64,000 nt of DNA from Syncephalis fuscata S228 (GCA_025786725.1 JAHLTZ010000032.1:248001-312000), one strand, 5' to 3'. Positions 1-13,281 are shown, numbered from the stretch's first letter. Notes: generated by a model not told the origin, from the letters alone. Translations and numbers: made by a program.

Positions 1-152
1 TAAAGAAGTAGGAGAGATTAATGAATAAATACCGTCAAGTATATCCAATCATATTAACGTGTATTGTGTAAACAGTGCATACAACGCACACAGTATGTAT
101 TCATTTTGTTTCTTCTTCTTTTTCTTTTATAACTACAAGTAGAAAGTTAAAT

Positions 153-1961
153 ATGAATCCATCGGCACCAAGAAGTAGTAGTAATCGTGCTCCGTCACGT
201 ACGGTGTTTGGTAGGCAGCAGCGATTAATGGAGAGAATAAATTGCGATCAGTAATCTAACAGCTATAACAGTGGGCAATATTCCTTATGACTTTACGGAA
301 GAGCAGCTAGTGGATATCTTTAAGGAAGTAGGGCCGGTCAAGTCACTTAGGTAATTAGTTTGCGTTCTACATGAGTGGATAGAATGGAAACTAAATAGCA
401 ATATCTAACACTATAATAGACTTATGTTTGACCGTGAAACGGGAAAGCCGCGCGGCTATGGATTCTGTGAGTTTTTTGATGCCGAAACTGCTGGTAGTGC
501 CGTAAGAAATTATAAGCTATTATGGTATCCTTTATTATTAGTGTTGTTACGTAAATACACGTTACAATAGGTATTAAACATAGCTGAGAATTACAGCGGT
601 CTCTCTGGACATGAATGAACAAACGAACAAACGAATGAATAGCCATTGGTATTTATTCTATAGCAATACGTCATAGACGTATCAATGCTATGTAGTCAAT
701 GGAGGCGGCAATCTAAATGATTATCCACCTACCAATTCTTCTTCTTTACTGAGTAATTACGATGTAGGAGGCCGTCCATTACGTGTAGACTTTGCCGATG
801 TTGAAATGACCCGACCCACTGGACAAGATGGACAACAACAACAACAACAGCAGCAGCAGCAGCAGCAACAACCTCCATCTCAATCAGGTTTGCCACCACC
901 ACCATTACCTTCATCTCAAATGGCACCATCTTCAATGGCTCAGTCAGGTCCTGGCTCTTTAGGTCAACGTGGACCACCACCAAATACAAGAGATTATCGA
1001 CCTTATGACGAGGTATACATATTAATGAATCATTTGTCATTTATAGCTTACAAGTGATAATACCCATAGCGACCACGACATGCCGGTCTACCCGATGATA
1101 GTATGGGCCATCCAGGTGGACAGTCCTCACAGCCACCGACACCCAATGTACCATCTACTGAACTTATTGCCAAAGCATTGGCTAATTTAAATCAGTCGCA
1201 ATTACTAGAAGTTATACGGCAATTAAAGGCAAGTATATTTTTTTAGTTGCTTACTATACAATTAACTATAACAATCTGTATATCATATTAGGCTCTGGCT
1301 GTAACACATCCTCACCAAGTACGTACTCTACTACAGCAAAATCCACAGCTATCCTACGCTGTGCTAGATTGTCTAGTCAAGTTGGGGCTAGTAGATACAA
1401 TGGCTATTCAAGTAAGTTATACCAATACAATAATAGCTATGCAGTTGAATCTAAATAATGCCATTTATTCTACTATAATACATAGAGAGCCCAAGGTGGA
1501 CAGATGACTGGACATGCTATGGGTGGACTTGCTCAGCCAGCAGCACAGCCACCACCACCACCACCAACATCACTTCAATCGGCCTATGATTTAGTTAATA
1601 CGCTTAATCTTTCTATGCCACCACCACCACCAACAGGAGGAGGAGTGTCACCCAATCAACTACCACCGCCACCACCACCTAATGTAGCTGCACTAGGTAA
1701 GTAATTATATTACAACAACAATCAATTGATTATATATATGTATATGTATGTCCAGGCGGTGCAGTGGATCCATTACAGCAACAAGCAGCCTTGCTTCAAT
1801 TGTTCAGTCTAACTCCTCAACAAATTGATCAATTGCCACCAGCTGAACGAGCCATTATATTGCAACTGGTAAGTATCGACTATTACGCTATTATAACAAA
1901 CGTTACTGACTAGTTGAACCGATGATAATAGCGTAGCCAATTGGGCGCTGGTTCAGTATAA
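153..1961 (+). CDS. RNA15: Cleavage stimulation factor 64 kDa subunit (CstF-64/Rna15), multi-exon
   Basis: Hand-spliced [80 protein letters not shown]; hinge [11 protein letters not shown]; C-terminal [21 protein letters not shown]. Needs an AT-AC intron 512-749 and a GC-AG intron at 1229. Confidence 0.93.
512..749 (+). other. AT-AC intron (ATAAGC...TTTAC) in the CstF-64 RRM
   Basis: Removal joins AAT T|TG AGT AAT TAC to give [12 protein letters not shown] with no indel relative to the family consensus. Confidence 0.75.
834..870 (+). repeat. CAA/CAG polyglutamine tract in CstF-64
   Basis: caacaacaacaacaacagcagcagcagcagcaacaa in frame. Confidence 0.9.
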
Positions 1962-2086
1962 TCAGCAATGCTTATTGTGCTATTACTTGAATAAACCAAA
2001 GAAAACATTTAGTCATAATAAACAATTTAGTAGATGGGTCATAGCAACAACAATGGTTTAATAGAGTCTAGTGTCTACAATGCTAT

Positions 2087-2868
2087 TTAACGTGCTTGGC
2101 CATACTGAACATTACCGCGCTGTTGGCGTTTTTCCATTTTTTGTTGTCGTTTACTCTTGGATGCTTCTTGATCTCCTCCTTTGTTGCCATTACCGCCAAA
2201 GCCTAACATAGGGGCTACAAATCCCCAGATACTATAGAAGGCATAACATGGAATCTACAGATGGTAGACGGTTAGTGTGTTGTTATTGTATCTCCAGACC
2301 AGTGGCACTTACCACTAGATAGAACCACCAAACAGACGACCAAGCTAGACTGCCTAGATGCACGAACCAAGTGACATATAGAATATCAAACATATAACTA
2401 GACCAGTGCCCATTCAAATGTCCAAATTAATCCAAAATGGATAAGAGTAGCCATCAAGTACTTACGATGTAAGACCGGGTGCATTTAGATCGTCACCGCC
2501 CGAAACAATAGCGCCAGACATATCCCGTTGTGGCTGGGCCATACTTGCAAATTGGCGATAGATAAAAAGTGTAGGCAGCCAGGTGAGCAAATAGCGGATA
2601 ACGCGATAAAATGTCACATCGGCATTGTACCAGCCAAATTGAACAACGATATACGTTATCTAATAAAAGTTTACCATACAATAAACAATGATCAGCGCAC
2701 TTGGACTTTATGATTTGTATAATACTAATTACATTAACGATTAGCATGCCCCATTGGACGTTACGTAGAATACGTGCGTTTTCAATTGCTGTTTTCTTGG
2801 CTGATTTGTTTGCCTAAAGAAAAGTGCGTTAGAATCGGTATGAAGCAAAGTAGCAAGCTATTTACCAT
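2087..2868 (-). CDS. SND2: SRP-independent targeting protein Snd2/TMEM208 (DUF788)
   Basis: ATG-only first exon, then ANKSAKKTAIEN; GGDDLNAPGLTS, YMFDILYVTW, WFYL-IPCYAFY; Lys/Gln-rich tail SKRQQKMEKR. Confidence 0.88.
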
Positions 2869-3937
2869 GTTGGGTGTCACAAAAAGGAAAGAGATGAGTT
2901 GCGATAATTAATTTACAAATTATAACAGCTACTTTTACGTATTAATTATGGTAACAACACAACATTTTACGTTTATTAATTAAAATCAATAAAATTTCTG
3001 TAAATACGCTATTACTGCTGCATGTATATCTATGTTGTAAATCGTGCAATAATAACCTGCCATCTATACTGCCCAACAAGTGGCATCAAGCCATTCGGTA
3101 TCAAGCTACTTGGCTGTAATGATCAGCTTGTAGACTAGCACGTTGCTTATTTCCATTTTAATAAGAGCAATTTCGCTTAAACTTAACGTAGAGTGCACGT
3201 TACGCAAACGACCAAGTGGTATGTGCGCTGTAGGACGTCAGAAATTAAGCCGGTGATTTGCTGCTTTACATAAAATCACTGAGAAGGACCCTTTTGCCTA
3301 TAGCGAAGAACGGCTGGTTTAAGCAACATGGCTCAATATGGCTCGGCAATAGTGTCTAGCCTTTGCGCAACTAGGTGTTACGAAGCCATAATAGCAGACG
3401 GGCGATGATCCGCGACAAGCATCGTTCCATAAAGGTCAGATTAAGCAATATTTGACCTAGTCGGGATAGTAGTACACGTGCCACTTAAAAAGCAAAGCCA
3501 CGTCCAGCAACATACGCCACAATACAGTGCTGATTATTAGCGTTTAGTACATTGTATTTAGTGTATAATTTACTACTAAATATCTATTATATTACAGTAT
3601 ATTCTATCATTTGTTTATTTATTATCTATTTGCTATAATGAACCCAAATTAACGTGGCGGTGTTGCTATTTAATCAACGGAGTTTTAACACTAAGCATGG
3701 CTGCAGTTCCGCTCGAGTTACCTAAAAAGGATGAGCATTGTTCGTTGTAACTTTAGCGTTACTCGATAATGACTGCTATTCAGCTATATATATACTCTGC
3801 CAATTGTACTGCATTTCTTTGCTTCCATAGCTACTCTTGTATCTAGTTCTTATTCTATTCTGTTCTATTCTACTAGCACGACGACAACTATCACTGCCAT
3901 TATTTTATTACTTTTACTACTATCACTTCTTATCACC

Positions 3938-4701
3938 ATGTCTACGGATCGCGTCGCGCTTATTGAAAAGGCCGCACAGGCTCAAACATACGGCCGCTAC
4001 GAGGAAATGTTTGAATCGATCGTCAAGGCTATTCGAATTGATAAGAATGTCAATCTTGAAGAAATGAAGCTGCTCTCGTTTGCCTATAAAACCGTAATTG
4101 CCCTCCGTCGTGCTCGTTGGCGCATGCTTAACATGAGTGAAGAGCGTGTATCGGCCGAGGGCGATAATCTACGGATTGAGCAAGTTAAACAAGATCGCAG
4201 CCAAGTCCGGGATGAACTATTAAAGATTTGTCAAGAATTTGATAGTATATTCGGCGAGAATCTTATTCGTGATGTCCAGCCTGCTGAATGTCATTTGCTA
4301 TATTATAAAATGTACGTATTATTGCTACTTGATTTATTAGCACCATAACTAATCGATTTTATAGGAAAGGCAACTACTACCGGTTTATGACTGAGTTTTC
4401 ACTTGGACCCACATGTCAAGAAAGTGTAGCTGCGGCCGAAATTGCCTACGTGCATGCAACCGAAATTGCTCGGTCCAAGTTTGAGCCAGTCCATTCACTT
4501 CGTCTTCATGTAGCATTAAACCATGCAACATTCCGCTACGAGATTTGCAATGACACAGAACATGCCTACGAGATTGCCCAAAAAGCAGTCGACGAAGCAG
4601 ATGCCATGATCAATGATCTATCTGAGAAAACCTACCACGATAGCATTTTTATGCTAAAACTATTGAAAGACCAATTAAGCGTTTGGGATGCTAATTTCTA
4701 A
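3938..4701 (+). CDS. Divergent 14-3-3 family protein (one intron ~4312-4363)
   Basis: LLSFAYK..I..RR..WR, YYKMKGNYYRF, LRL.VALN..F.YEI, TYHDSIFMLKLLKDQLSVW align to the 14-3-3 helices. Confidence 0.9.
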
Positions 4702-4806
4702 TTCTTCGATCGGCTCTTATTACTGTGCATATAAACTTTTTCGTTTTTCTTAATAAAATGGTCATTTATATATATATATGGTTTATTTAATTAGTTAGGT
4801 CATCAT

Positions 4807-6392
4807 TTACAAACACGTAAGATGATAGGCTTGTCGGTGAAACGACAGACTAGCCAAACCATTAACGGCCAGTATCTCGGCTCCTTTCTCGTCGACCGTA
4901 ACAATTGGATAGCGAGCAACTGGTGGAAGGAACTTGTTAGACGGTGAGTCGAAGCAGAATAATTTATTACAAGTTTGACAAGGTCGTATCATTAAATCGT
5001 GATGACTCACTAGCCAATCCTAATTAAAAAATACAATAATTAATTAGAAAACTATTGTGTATTATGGATTAGTAATGATTACCAGAAAATAAATAACTGC
5101 TAGTTTCGGATAGTCCATTTCAAGTTGATCGGCCACTAATGTTGCATTGCTGGTCATCATACGATAAGCTGACCATGGTGATTCCTCCCAAGTGGACTAA
5201 ATTGATTAATTAACATGTTAAATTAAATACTCACCAATGGCACATTTACTTACTCGATCTTTGGCCGTCTCACGAATAATAATACGATAAAGAATTAAAT
5301 CGTTATTTCTTAATCCAATATCTAATAAAGCCACAAATGTATCGTTGACTTTCATCTAAATCGTGCAATATTAGTAATATTCTTTAATACTGCCACTATT
5401 GTTTACTTCAATGCCTTGTGATAATCCAGTCATTCCATTCATATAATTTACTGCAACATTAACATTGGACTGTTGTGCTCTGGACACTAATGAAGGAATT
5501 ACTTTAGTTTTTAATATATCTCGTACAGGATGAGCTGCTGTTTCTGATTTGACTATATCCGACAATGATACATCTTGCCTATAATAAATAATAATAATAA
5601 ATAAATAATACTACTATACAATCAATATTACATTATAGAATCTTCTTCAATAGAGCTCACTATAGGTGATTGTGCTCTATGCTGTTGATCATGTCGTCTC
5701 CATGATTCAAATCGTGTTTTCATTTGATCTTTAACAAGTCTATTAATTAATTAATTAATCAGTCAATTATAATAATTATATTAAAATATCATCTATTATT
5801 ACCTCATAACTTCCGTTTGATCTATCGTAGATCGTGTATTAGATGTATTAATATTTGGTTTTCTATAATAACAATAACAACAACAATAATAATAAATTAT
5901 CTTATTAATGTTATTTGTAATATCAATTACATATCCTGTTCTTTAGTCGATACATTTATATTAGGTACTGGTAACTGATTAATAGCTTTAAATAGATCTA
6001 TCAAATGTATGTCAGCATTATTTTAACTAACTAGTTTATAATACTTACCCGTTTGTTGCTGTACTTGAGTATTCAATTTAGTCAATTGATCTAATGCTGT
6101 TTGAGCCAATAATTGATATTGATCGGCACTTTTCTCCTCTAATATATTATATTCAATATACATATATACACTATTAATATATCTAATATACCTGCTATTG
6201 ATGTAACTGTATTCATATCTTGTAACAGTGTATGAGCAGCACTACGCACACCACGAATCTATATATAAATAGCCATATATATATATATATATATAAAAGA
6301 TAGTTTAGTATCAACTAGATTCTATATACAAAAATTACCTGTGCCAACATGCTATCAACTGCCTCAACACGACTTGTAATAGACGTGGCCAT
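4807..6392 (-). CDS. MED27: Mediator subunit Med27-like, multi-exon
   Basis: C-terminus DWLVSHHDLMIRPCQTCNKLF...FLPPVAR...AYHLTC matches the Med27 zinc-binding W..Y..LF..PC..C...LPP..R..FH..C pattern. Confidence 0.7.
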
Positions 6393-6673
6393 ATTGTATT
6401 GCTTAATTCAATTTATATGTTAATACTATATAAATTCCAATAGAACCTGTAGTGCCAAAAGAGAAGAGAAACGAGAAGAGCACAATAGAAAACGGTGACG
6501 CGACTTTCCTCCACTTTCCATTTTCCTTCTTTCGCCTTCCTTCTTTCTTCTCGCGGATCTCCAGTGTTATTGTCGTACCTGTACTTTTGCTACTCTTTCT
6601 CGTTTAGTTGCAACGTCTTCGACAGCTTTCTTCTTCTTTTCACGTTCTTTCTGTATTTGCGCATCACATTATT

Positions 6674-6834
6674 ATGAGTGTGGTCAACATTCTCAACGTG
6701 CAAGTCTATGACGCACAAACTTTGTTTACTACACCTTTTAAATTGGATATCAAGTTTGAATGCATTTCTGAACTTAAAGAAGGTAATATATTTGTTTACA
6801 TGCTATATTGTTTATTTGTTTAATATAAATGCTG

Positions 6835-6871
<37 letters not shown>

Positions 6872-7471
6872 GCTTAATAGATCTGGAATGGAAGCTGATC
6901 TATGTCAGTTCAGCTTTATCTGAAGAACATGACCAGGTTCTTGACTCAATTATGGTCGGTCCAGTGCCGGTTGGTGTTAACCAGTTCACCTTTGAAGTAA
7001 GAACATATACTAATGACTCATAATTACAATAGTACTAATAAACAACGATACTTTTAATTGTGACACTAGACTGATGCACCAAACTTGAGTTTAATCCCAC
7101 CAGCTGAACTACTCGATGTTACCGTGCTATTGTTGACATGCTCTTATCGAGGCAAGGAATTTGTACGCATTGGCTATTACGTCAATGTTGGCTATTTAGA
7201 CGAGGAATTAAAGGAAAATCCACCTGCATCACCCATTGTGGATAAGCTGTATCGTAACGTATTGGCTGAAAAGCCCAAAGTCACTCGTTACTCAATCCCA
7301 TGGTAAGTTATTAAATGAAAATACACGTCAATCATACTAATGACACCATAACAATAACAATAATAACAACAATACAATATAAATAGGGATACCAATGCTG
7401 ATGATCCATTAGTAACTGAACACCAAATGGCCGATCAAACTATTTCAACCTCAACTTCTATGGCCATGTAA
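6674..7471 (+). CDS. ASF1: Histone chaperone Asf1
   Basis: [11 protein letters not shown]...[30 protein letters not shown]...[23 protein letters not shown]...[12 protein letters not shown] over 4 exons. Confidence 0.96.
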
Positions 7472-7735
7472 TAGCAGAATTACACTCATCTACGAAAGAG
7501 AGAAAGGAGGAAAGAGATGCCAAATATTATTAAATCCAATTTGTACTCAATTCTCTGCATATCAAATGAATAACATGTCATTGTTCTACTTTTACTTAAA
7601 TAACTCGTTAGATATAGTGTATGCAATCCATTTCGATCTTTCATTGAGTCAAACACAATAACAAGCAGATAATAAAGACATGGATTAACACATACGAGAG
7701 CATGATCATAAGATCTGATCTACTTTATAGAAAAT

Positions 7736-8742
7736 TTAAGCAGATTCCTTGCCCTTGGAGTATTGGGTGCGATCGCGACGCTCAATGGCGACTTGGCGAT
7801 CCTTGGTCAAGTGCAATTTGGTGATGACCACGTTGGATGGGTGGATACCGACGGGGATGGAGGCACCTAATGCGTATCATATCGATATTTAATTAATATT
7901 ATTACAAATTACGCTATTTGTTTGTTTTTTACTTACCGTTGACCTTGTCGCGTGTAACACGTTCGATGTGGATGACCCACTTCTTACGGTAGACTTGCAC
8001 CACCTTGCCTTCACGTCCCTTATAGGTACCGCGTACCACTTGGACTTCATCATCGGCGCGAATGGGAACCGAGCGAACCTATTTGTTAATAATAGGTAAC
8101 GCGTAAGTATGGGCTGATTAAGCAATGCATAGTCGATGTATGCTGGCATTTAGCGCTATTTATGCTGCTATACTTACGTGGTGCTTTTCACGGAGATCCT
8201 TGGAGAGCTGAGAGCTCATGATCTTGTGGCGCAAGTGGGATGGAGCCGAGAAGTGTGCCTTGCGGCACTTGCGGCGCGAGGAGGAAACGTCTATTGAATA
8301 GCAACCAAACAAATAGTAATTAGTATTGCTATTGCTATTATAACTATCTCTACTTTGTATATAGTATGTAATAAACAAGTAGTAATACTCGTATATTAAG
8401 ACATATATGTTTGCCTTAATGATTCAGTTATTACGCAAATGTTTATACCATTGAATAAAACATGCTGACTGCTACTAAATTACTGATTCAAGTACTAGTA
8501 ATAAAGAATGCTGGTCGTCGTTACTATGCTAACTAATAGTAAGGTACGCGCGGCCTAGTTTATATAGACCGTCTTTGTACTGCTATCAGTATAGATATTG
8601 AAGCTAGACGGCAGCATATATCCACGAGTATAGCTATACCGTCCATTCATCCATCCATATATGCATCCATCCATCCATCCATCCATATATCTAATGGTTA
8701 TCTAAGTGTCTATACATGCTACATACCTTGGCTGAACTTCAT
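7736..8742 (-). CDS. RPL26: 60S ribosomal protein L26 (uL24)
   Basis: MKFSQ|[27 protein letters not shown]...[13 protein letters not shown]...[12 protein letters not shown]; high-GC3 codons; long first intron. Confidence 0.97.
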
Positions 8743-8976
8743 CGCGACAGGCTACGACTGGCGAAAGCGACTAATGCGATTCTTTGCCAAATGGAAGAGG
8801 AGGAGGAGCCCGTTTGCTGGTTGGGCGGGCAGTGTCACTCTGTTGAGTGGTGGTCGCAGCTGTCGCCATGAGTGAGCGGCTATTTCTCCCTCATTGTGTA
8901 TATGTGTGTGTGCGTGTGAATGATAATAATAATAATAAGTAATCACCAAAAACTGTATCCTTATAATCACGTGACT

Positions 8977-10649
8977 TTATTCATCCTTTACATGTTTCTT
9001 TTCCTGTTGTGGTCGATACCAAAACTGATAATAGGCATATACGCTTAGTGAAGTCATAAAGAAACACCAAAACAAAATAACACTTAAAGGCGCAGATTCG
9101 GTAAATTCACCACGGCTATACTTGACAATGACCAATAATTCAGTGGCAATATTGGCCAGTTGAAGCCAAGAGTGCGACCCAAGTCGTTTACAATCCCTAT
9201 AGCATTTAAAGTTAATTAATAATAACAGTAATAAAATAAACACTTACTTGTTTGATGCATATTCATATATTCACGCATTGCTGGAACGCTAAATGCAAAC
9301 ATAATAGCCAAACGGAAAGTTACAAGCCAATGTTCTGGTGGAATCCAAAATAGATACTTAAGATAAAAGACATTGACTTCACAGGCTAGCCACTAGATAT
9401 TCCATTGCTATGTATTAGTAGTTGCATATCCGTAAACCCATTTAACTTACAATAGCTGATAGCACAAGCATCATACTGAATTTTTTAAAACTCTTATTGG
9501 CACCCCATTCAAATTTGGTCCAACTATGCGGTGTAAATTGCTGTACAGTACGTCGTACTTTGCCCGAATACTCGGGAATATCACGAATACCCTCCCAACG
9601 ATATCCCTATTAACAGCCATTAAACCTTGCTATTAAATATTATAATAAATTGAATTTACCTTCATTTCAAGATATTGACACGTCTTCATACCGAAATAAA
9701 TGCCCAACCAATTGCAAACTAATACATCCAAAATCCACTATTAAAAATAATAATTAGCTAATATTGCTTATATAATAGTAACACTTACATGATCCCACCA
9801 ACATTCAGCGAAATTAGGCAATTGATGTTGTAGGGAATATTCCATAATTTCAAAAAATACTGACATAATCCACGCGAACGTATAATCGCGAATAATCATT
9901 GCTTTGGCCCACCAGCCAAAGGCATGGGCAAATACAAATATATCTATTTGATTCATCAAATTATCCCAACTAAGTTCGCAGTTATCAGCATAAGAACGCT
10001 CCGGTAAAGGTGCGCCCAATTCTGGTGAAATATAAGCAAATAGTTTACGTGTATCTTCCTTATTCTGTATACCATTATAGTTTATTTATTAATTAATTAA
10101 CTAATGCTATTATTAAAACTACTTACTTGAAACAATATAAACGTTAGAAACATTTGATACAAAACACTAATGCCTAAAGATATACGCCATACAGCTGGAT
10201 GTGGACGAATAAATGGACCATCTCGGAATTGTATAAGTCCTATAACTAGAAATGTAATACAGCAAATAACAATGCCTCTAGATAGTATAATTAATACACA
10301 TAATGCTATATAAGTAACTATTTACCGCTTGATATTAGTCACTCGATCGCCATCATCGGTAAGTAGAGCCAGATACACAAATACAGCGAGTGTTACGAGT
10401 AGTAGTGAAATGTTATGCGGTTTATCTATTATAAATACATTCTTTATTATCAGTTCATGTCGTTATAGTCTATCCATATGACTTACAAAGAAATGTAATA
10501 GTTGGATCTATTTCATCGGCAAAAGGTTTAGTAAAGATGTGATCGCGATTGACACGTCTGGTCGACAGTTCAGCAGACTCGGTGATTGCGGAGGCATCAC
10601 TGGAATCTCCAGGGTCTTGCGCGGAATATCTTTGGCCACGAGTACGCAT
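8977..10649 (-). CDS. Phosphatidylserine synthase, base-exchange (PTDSS2-like) type
   Basis: DGPFIRPHPAVWR, LPERSYADNC, DIFVFAHAFGW, FEIMEYSLQHQLPNFAECWWDH, QFTPHSWTKFEW, ELNVFYLKYLFWIPPEH-like motifs of the PSS family. Confidence 0.92.
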
Positions 10650-10977
10650 AGTTGTTCATACAAATAGGTGCGTACCAGTGGAGTCTACACTACTGCCAGA
10701 AACCGCCGTAAAACCGCCGAGAAAAGACAAAGCAATGCAAGAAATAAACAACAGCGGTAGAATCACCTCACTTGCAATGTGATAGGAAAGGAATAGGATA
10801 GCCAAGGATGAGAAACAAGTGAAAAGAGAAGAGAATAGAGTCGGTAAAGTGTAAAGTCATCATTAAATGACGATCCATGATGACATGAATTTTTTGAATC
10901 TAGTTTTATTAAATAATCAAAACTGGATCCATATACAAAGCATTAATACTTACACACTCTATCTTCAAGTATTGGCA

Positions 10978-11796
10978 TTAACAATGTGTAGCTGTAGTAA
11001 ATTGTAGAGCAGATTGTTGTCTAATTCGTTCATATACTCGGTTAAACACTGAACTGGCTGGCTGTTCAGTCATTACTGGTTCGACAAAAAAGCCTTTAGG
11101 CCGATGCCGTTCCTTTGTATTACTTGAGGTTGATGATGATGATGATGCTGATGCTGCTGCTACTGCTGCTGCATTGGTTGTAGTTGTTTGAGTCCAATTA
11201 AGATAGCGAAGTTTACTTGGCTTGGAAAGAAAACACAGCTCAGATACTGGCATAGGATGTTCACGTCGTCCACCAAAGATATTTAATGTTTCCAATACAA
11301 GTGTATAATCTATTGGACGAGTATCGTCGACCAGTTTAATCGGTTTTATGTTTGGCTGGTCTTTTGGCATTTGCAGATAGATACGTGTAACATATGGACC
11401 AGTCATATAGTGTATAAGACTAATAGGCATAAGCGCAGATAGACCAGCTAAACATAAGTAATAAAGCAATTATTAAGTGTTAAATAAAATACTACGCGTT
11501 CATTTACCAACAGTAGCGGTCATATACGGGTCATGTCCATAAACAAATATAGTAGGCACGGCAATAATGGCGCAAAGACCAAACATTGAAGCGCTTGCTT
11601 TGTATGCTTTAAGTGTATGGCTAAATGCGCCTGTATAAATAAGAAGACGTGACAAGGCTTTGTCGGCATTAATAGCTGTACGGGATCGTGTTGTGTAGTT
11701 ACGACTATGATCTCTATTAAAACGTAAAGTACTCACAAAGCGCACTGCTGTTCCGTGCAAGCATGGTGTCACTACCCGTGCTAGACTAGAACGCAT
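10978..11796 (-). CDS. TMEM70-like mitochondrial inner-membrane protein
   Basis: Arg/Ser-rich presequence, then LLIYTGAF...K, two hydrophobic segments and LIHYMTGPYVTRIY (cf. TMEM70 LIYTG...LLHFITKGYVIRLY); one intron ~11455-11507. Confidence 0.55.
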
Positions 11797-11927
11797 TGCT
11801 GTTGTTGTTGTTGTTAAGTGGACCGCACAATGGAAGGCCATCGTTTAATAACAAAAAGTAAATATAGAAAATAAAAAGCCGCTCTTTATTTTTTCTATTA
11901 AATAGATTGATTCCTCTAATTCCTATA

Positions 11928-13281
11928 ATGCCAAAGAAATCACCAATACCTGCAAAGATAACTACTGGGTATGGCAAGCCTAGTAGCACTAGTAGCGGTA
12001 GTAACAATGATAGTAAGAAAAAGAAGTCTACAACTACTACAACAACACAACAACAATCAACGTCAAAAGCAAAAATACCATCAAGGCATAAGACATCAGA
12101 TGAAAGATTTGCTCTACTTGGTAAAAAGATGCCTAAAGAATTGGGCCGTGATCCACCACAAGGTAATTAATTACTAAACATATAACTAATTTTAGTAACA
12201 ATTAAATTACTATTGTTATTATAGCTATACTTGATATGTTACGCGTAGCATTAAATGATACATTTGGAGCAACTGATTTTGAGACACGACTTCAACAAAT
12301 TAAAGCACATTTTTACGTTCGGGATTATAATGCCGTATTTTCAGAGCCAACTCACCTACCAGTATATGCTGCCCGTTACGTACCAGGCCGCTCTCTATGT
12401 TACTATCAAATGTTTACTCAACATCCTGCATTATTGGCACTATTGGCACGCCGTACTCGAATCTATGCACTAGGTGCTGGGGCAGGTAGTGAATTGGCTG
12501 CTATCATGGCCGCTATTGTTCATGTTAAAAATGCCAATAGCGATGGACGTATACCATTGACAAGCAGTATACCATCATCGACAACAGTAGCAGATGAACA
12601 GCCAGTAATAGTAGCAGATGAACAACAAGTAACACTACATATGCAAGATATTGCCGATTGGCAGGATGTTATTAAACGCATTGAAGCGACAGCACGCGAT
12701 AAATGGAATATTCCTGCTGAACGTTTCAAATGTGAATTTTCACAAGGTAGTGTTTTAAACTTAGTCGGCCATGGCACTGAAGCATTAGCACCACTAGCTG
12801 ACGACGATACAGCAAGTGGCGTACAAACTAAGGATAAAGCAAATACATTAACCAGCGCAGAGGCTGAAGCTGAAGCGGATAAAGAGGCTATTTGTGCCGA
12901 AATTGAGCGTGCCGATTTAGTAACTGCAATGTTTGTTATGAATGAACTATTTACAGATAAACGACAGGCAATGCAATTAGTAAAAGCATTGGTGGCTCGT
13001 CTACGTCCAGGTGCTCATTTATTAGTAAGTAGTAGATAGTTTAGTAGAATCAGTATTAATTATCATTATAATGATAGCTTGTGGATTCAGCAGGCTCATT
13101 TTCAAATCTTAAAGTTGGTCAGCACACGTATATGATCTATACGATATTCGATGCTCTTCATGCTTATTTTGAGCCGATAGTAAGTGAGGACAGTGAATGG
13201 TATCGGTATCCAAAACATTTGCACTATCCATTGGAACTCAATAATATGCGCTATTTTATTCGTTTGTACCGTCGTCTATGA
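11928..13281 (+). CDS. BMT6: 25S rRNA uridine-N3 methyltransferase Bmt6-like (DUF3115)
   Basis: IKAHFYVRDYNAVF, YAARYVPGRSLCY, SAM motif ALGAGAGSE, MFVMNELF, DSAGSFS, WYRYP..L.YPLELNNMRY. Confidence 0.82.

Noticed and set aside
2870-3830. ncRNA in the 1-kb SND2/14-3-3 spacer (AGGTCAGA..TTTGACCT hairpin ~3433-3458)
   Set aside because: Only a short isolated stem; no tRNA, snRNA or snoRNA signature recognisable by eye.
8954-8963. Other RTATCCTT hits (also ~22351 on the minus strand and ~35876)
   Set aside because: Intergenic or on the wrong strand; not at an exon boundary.
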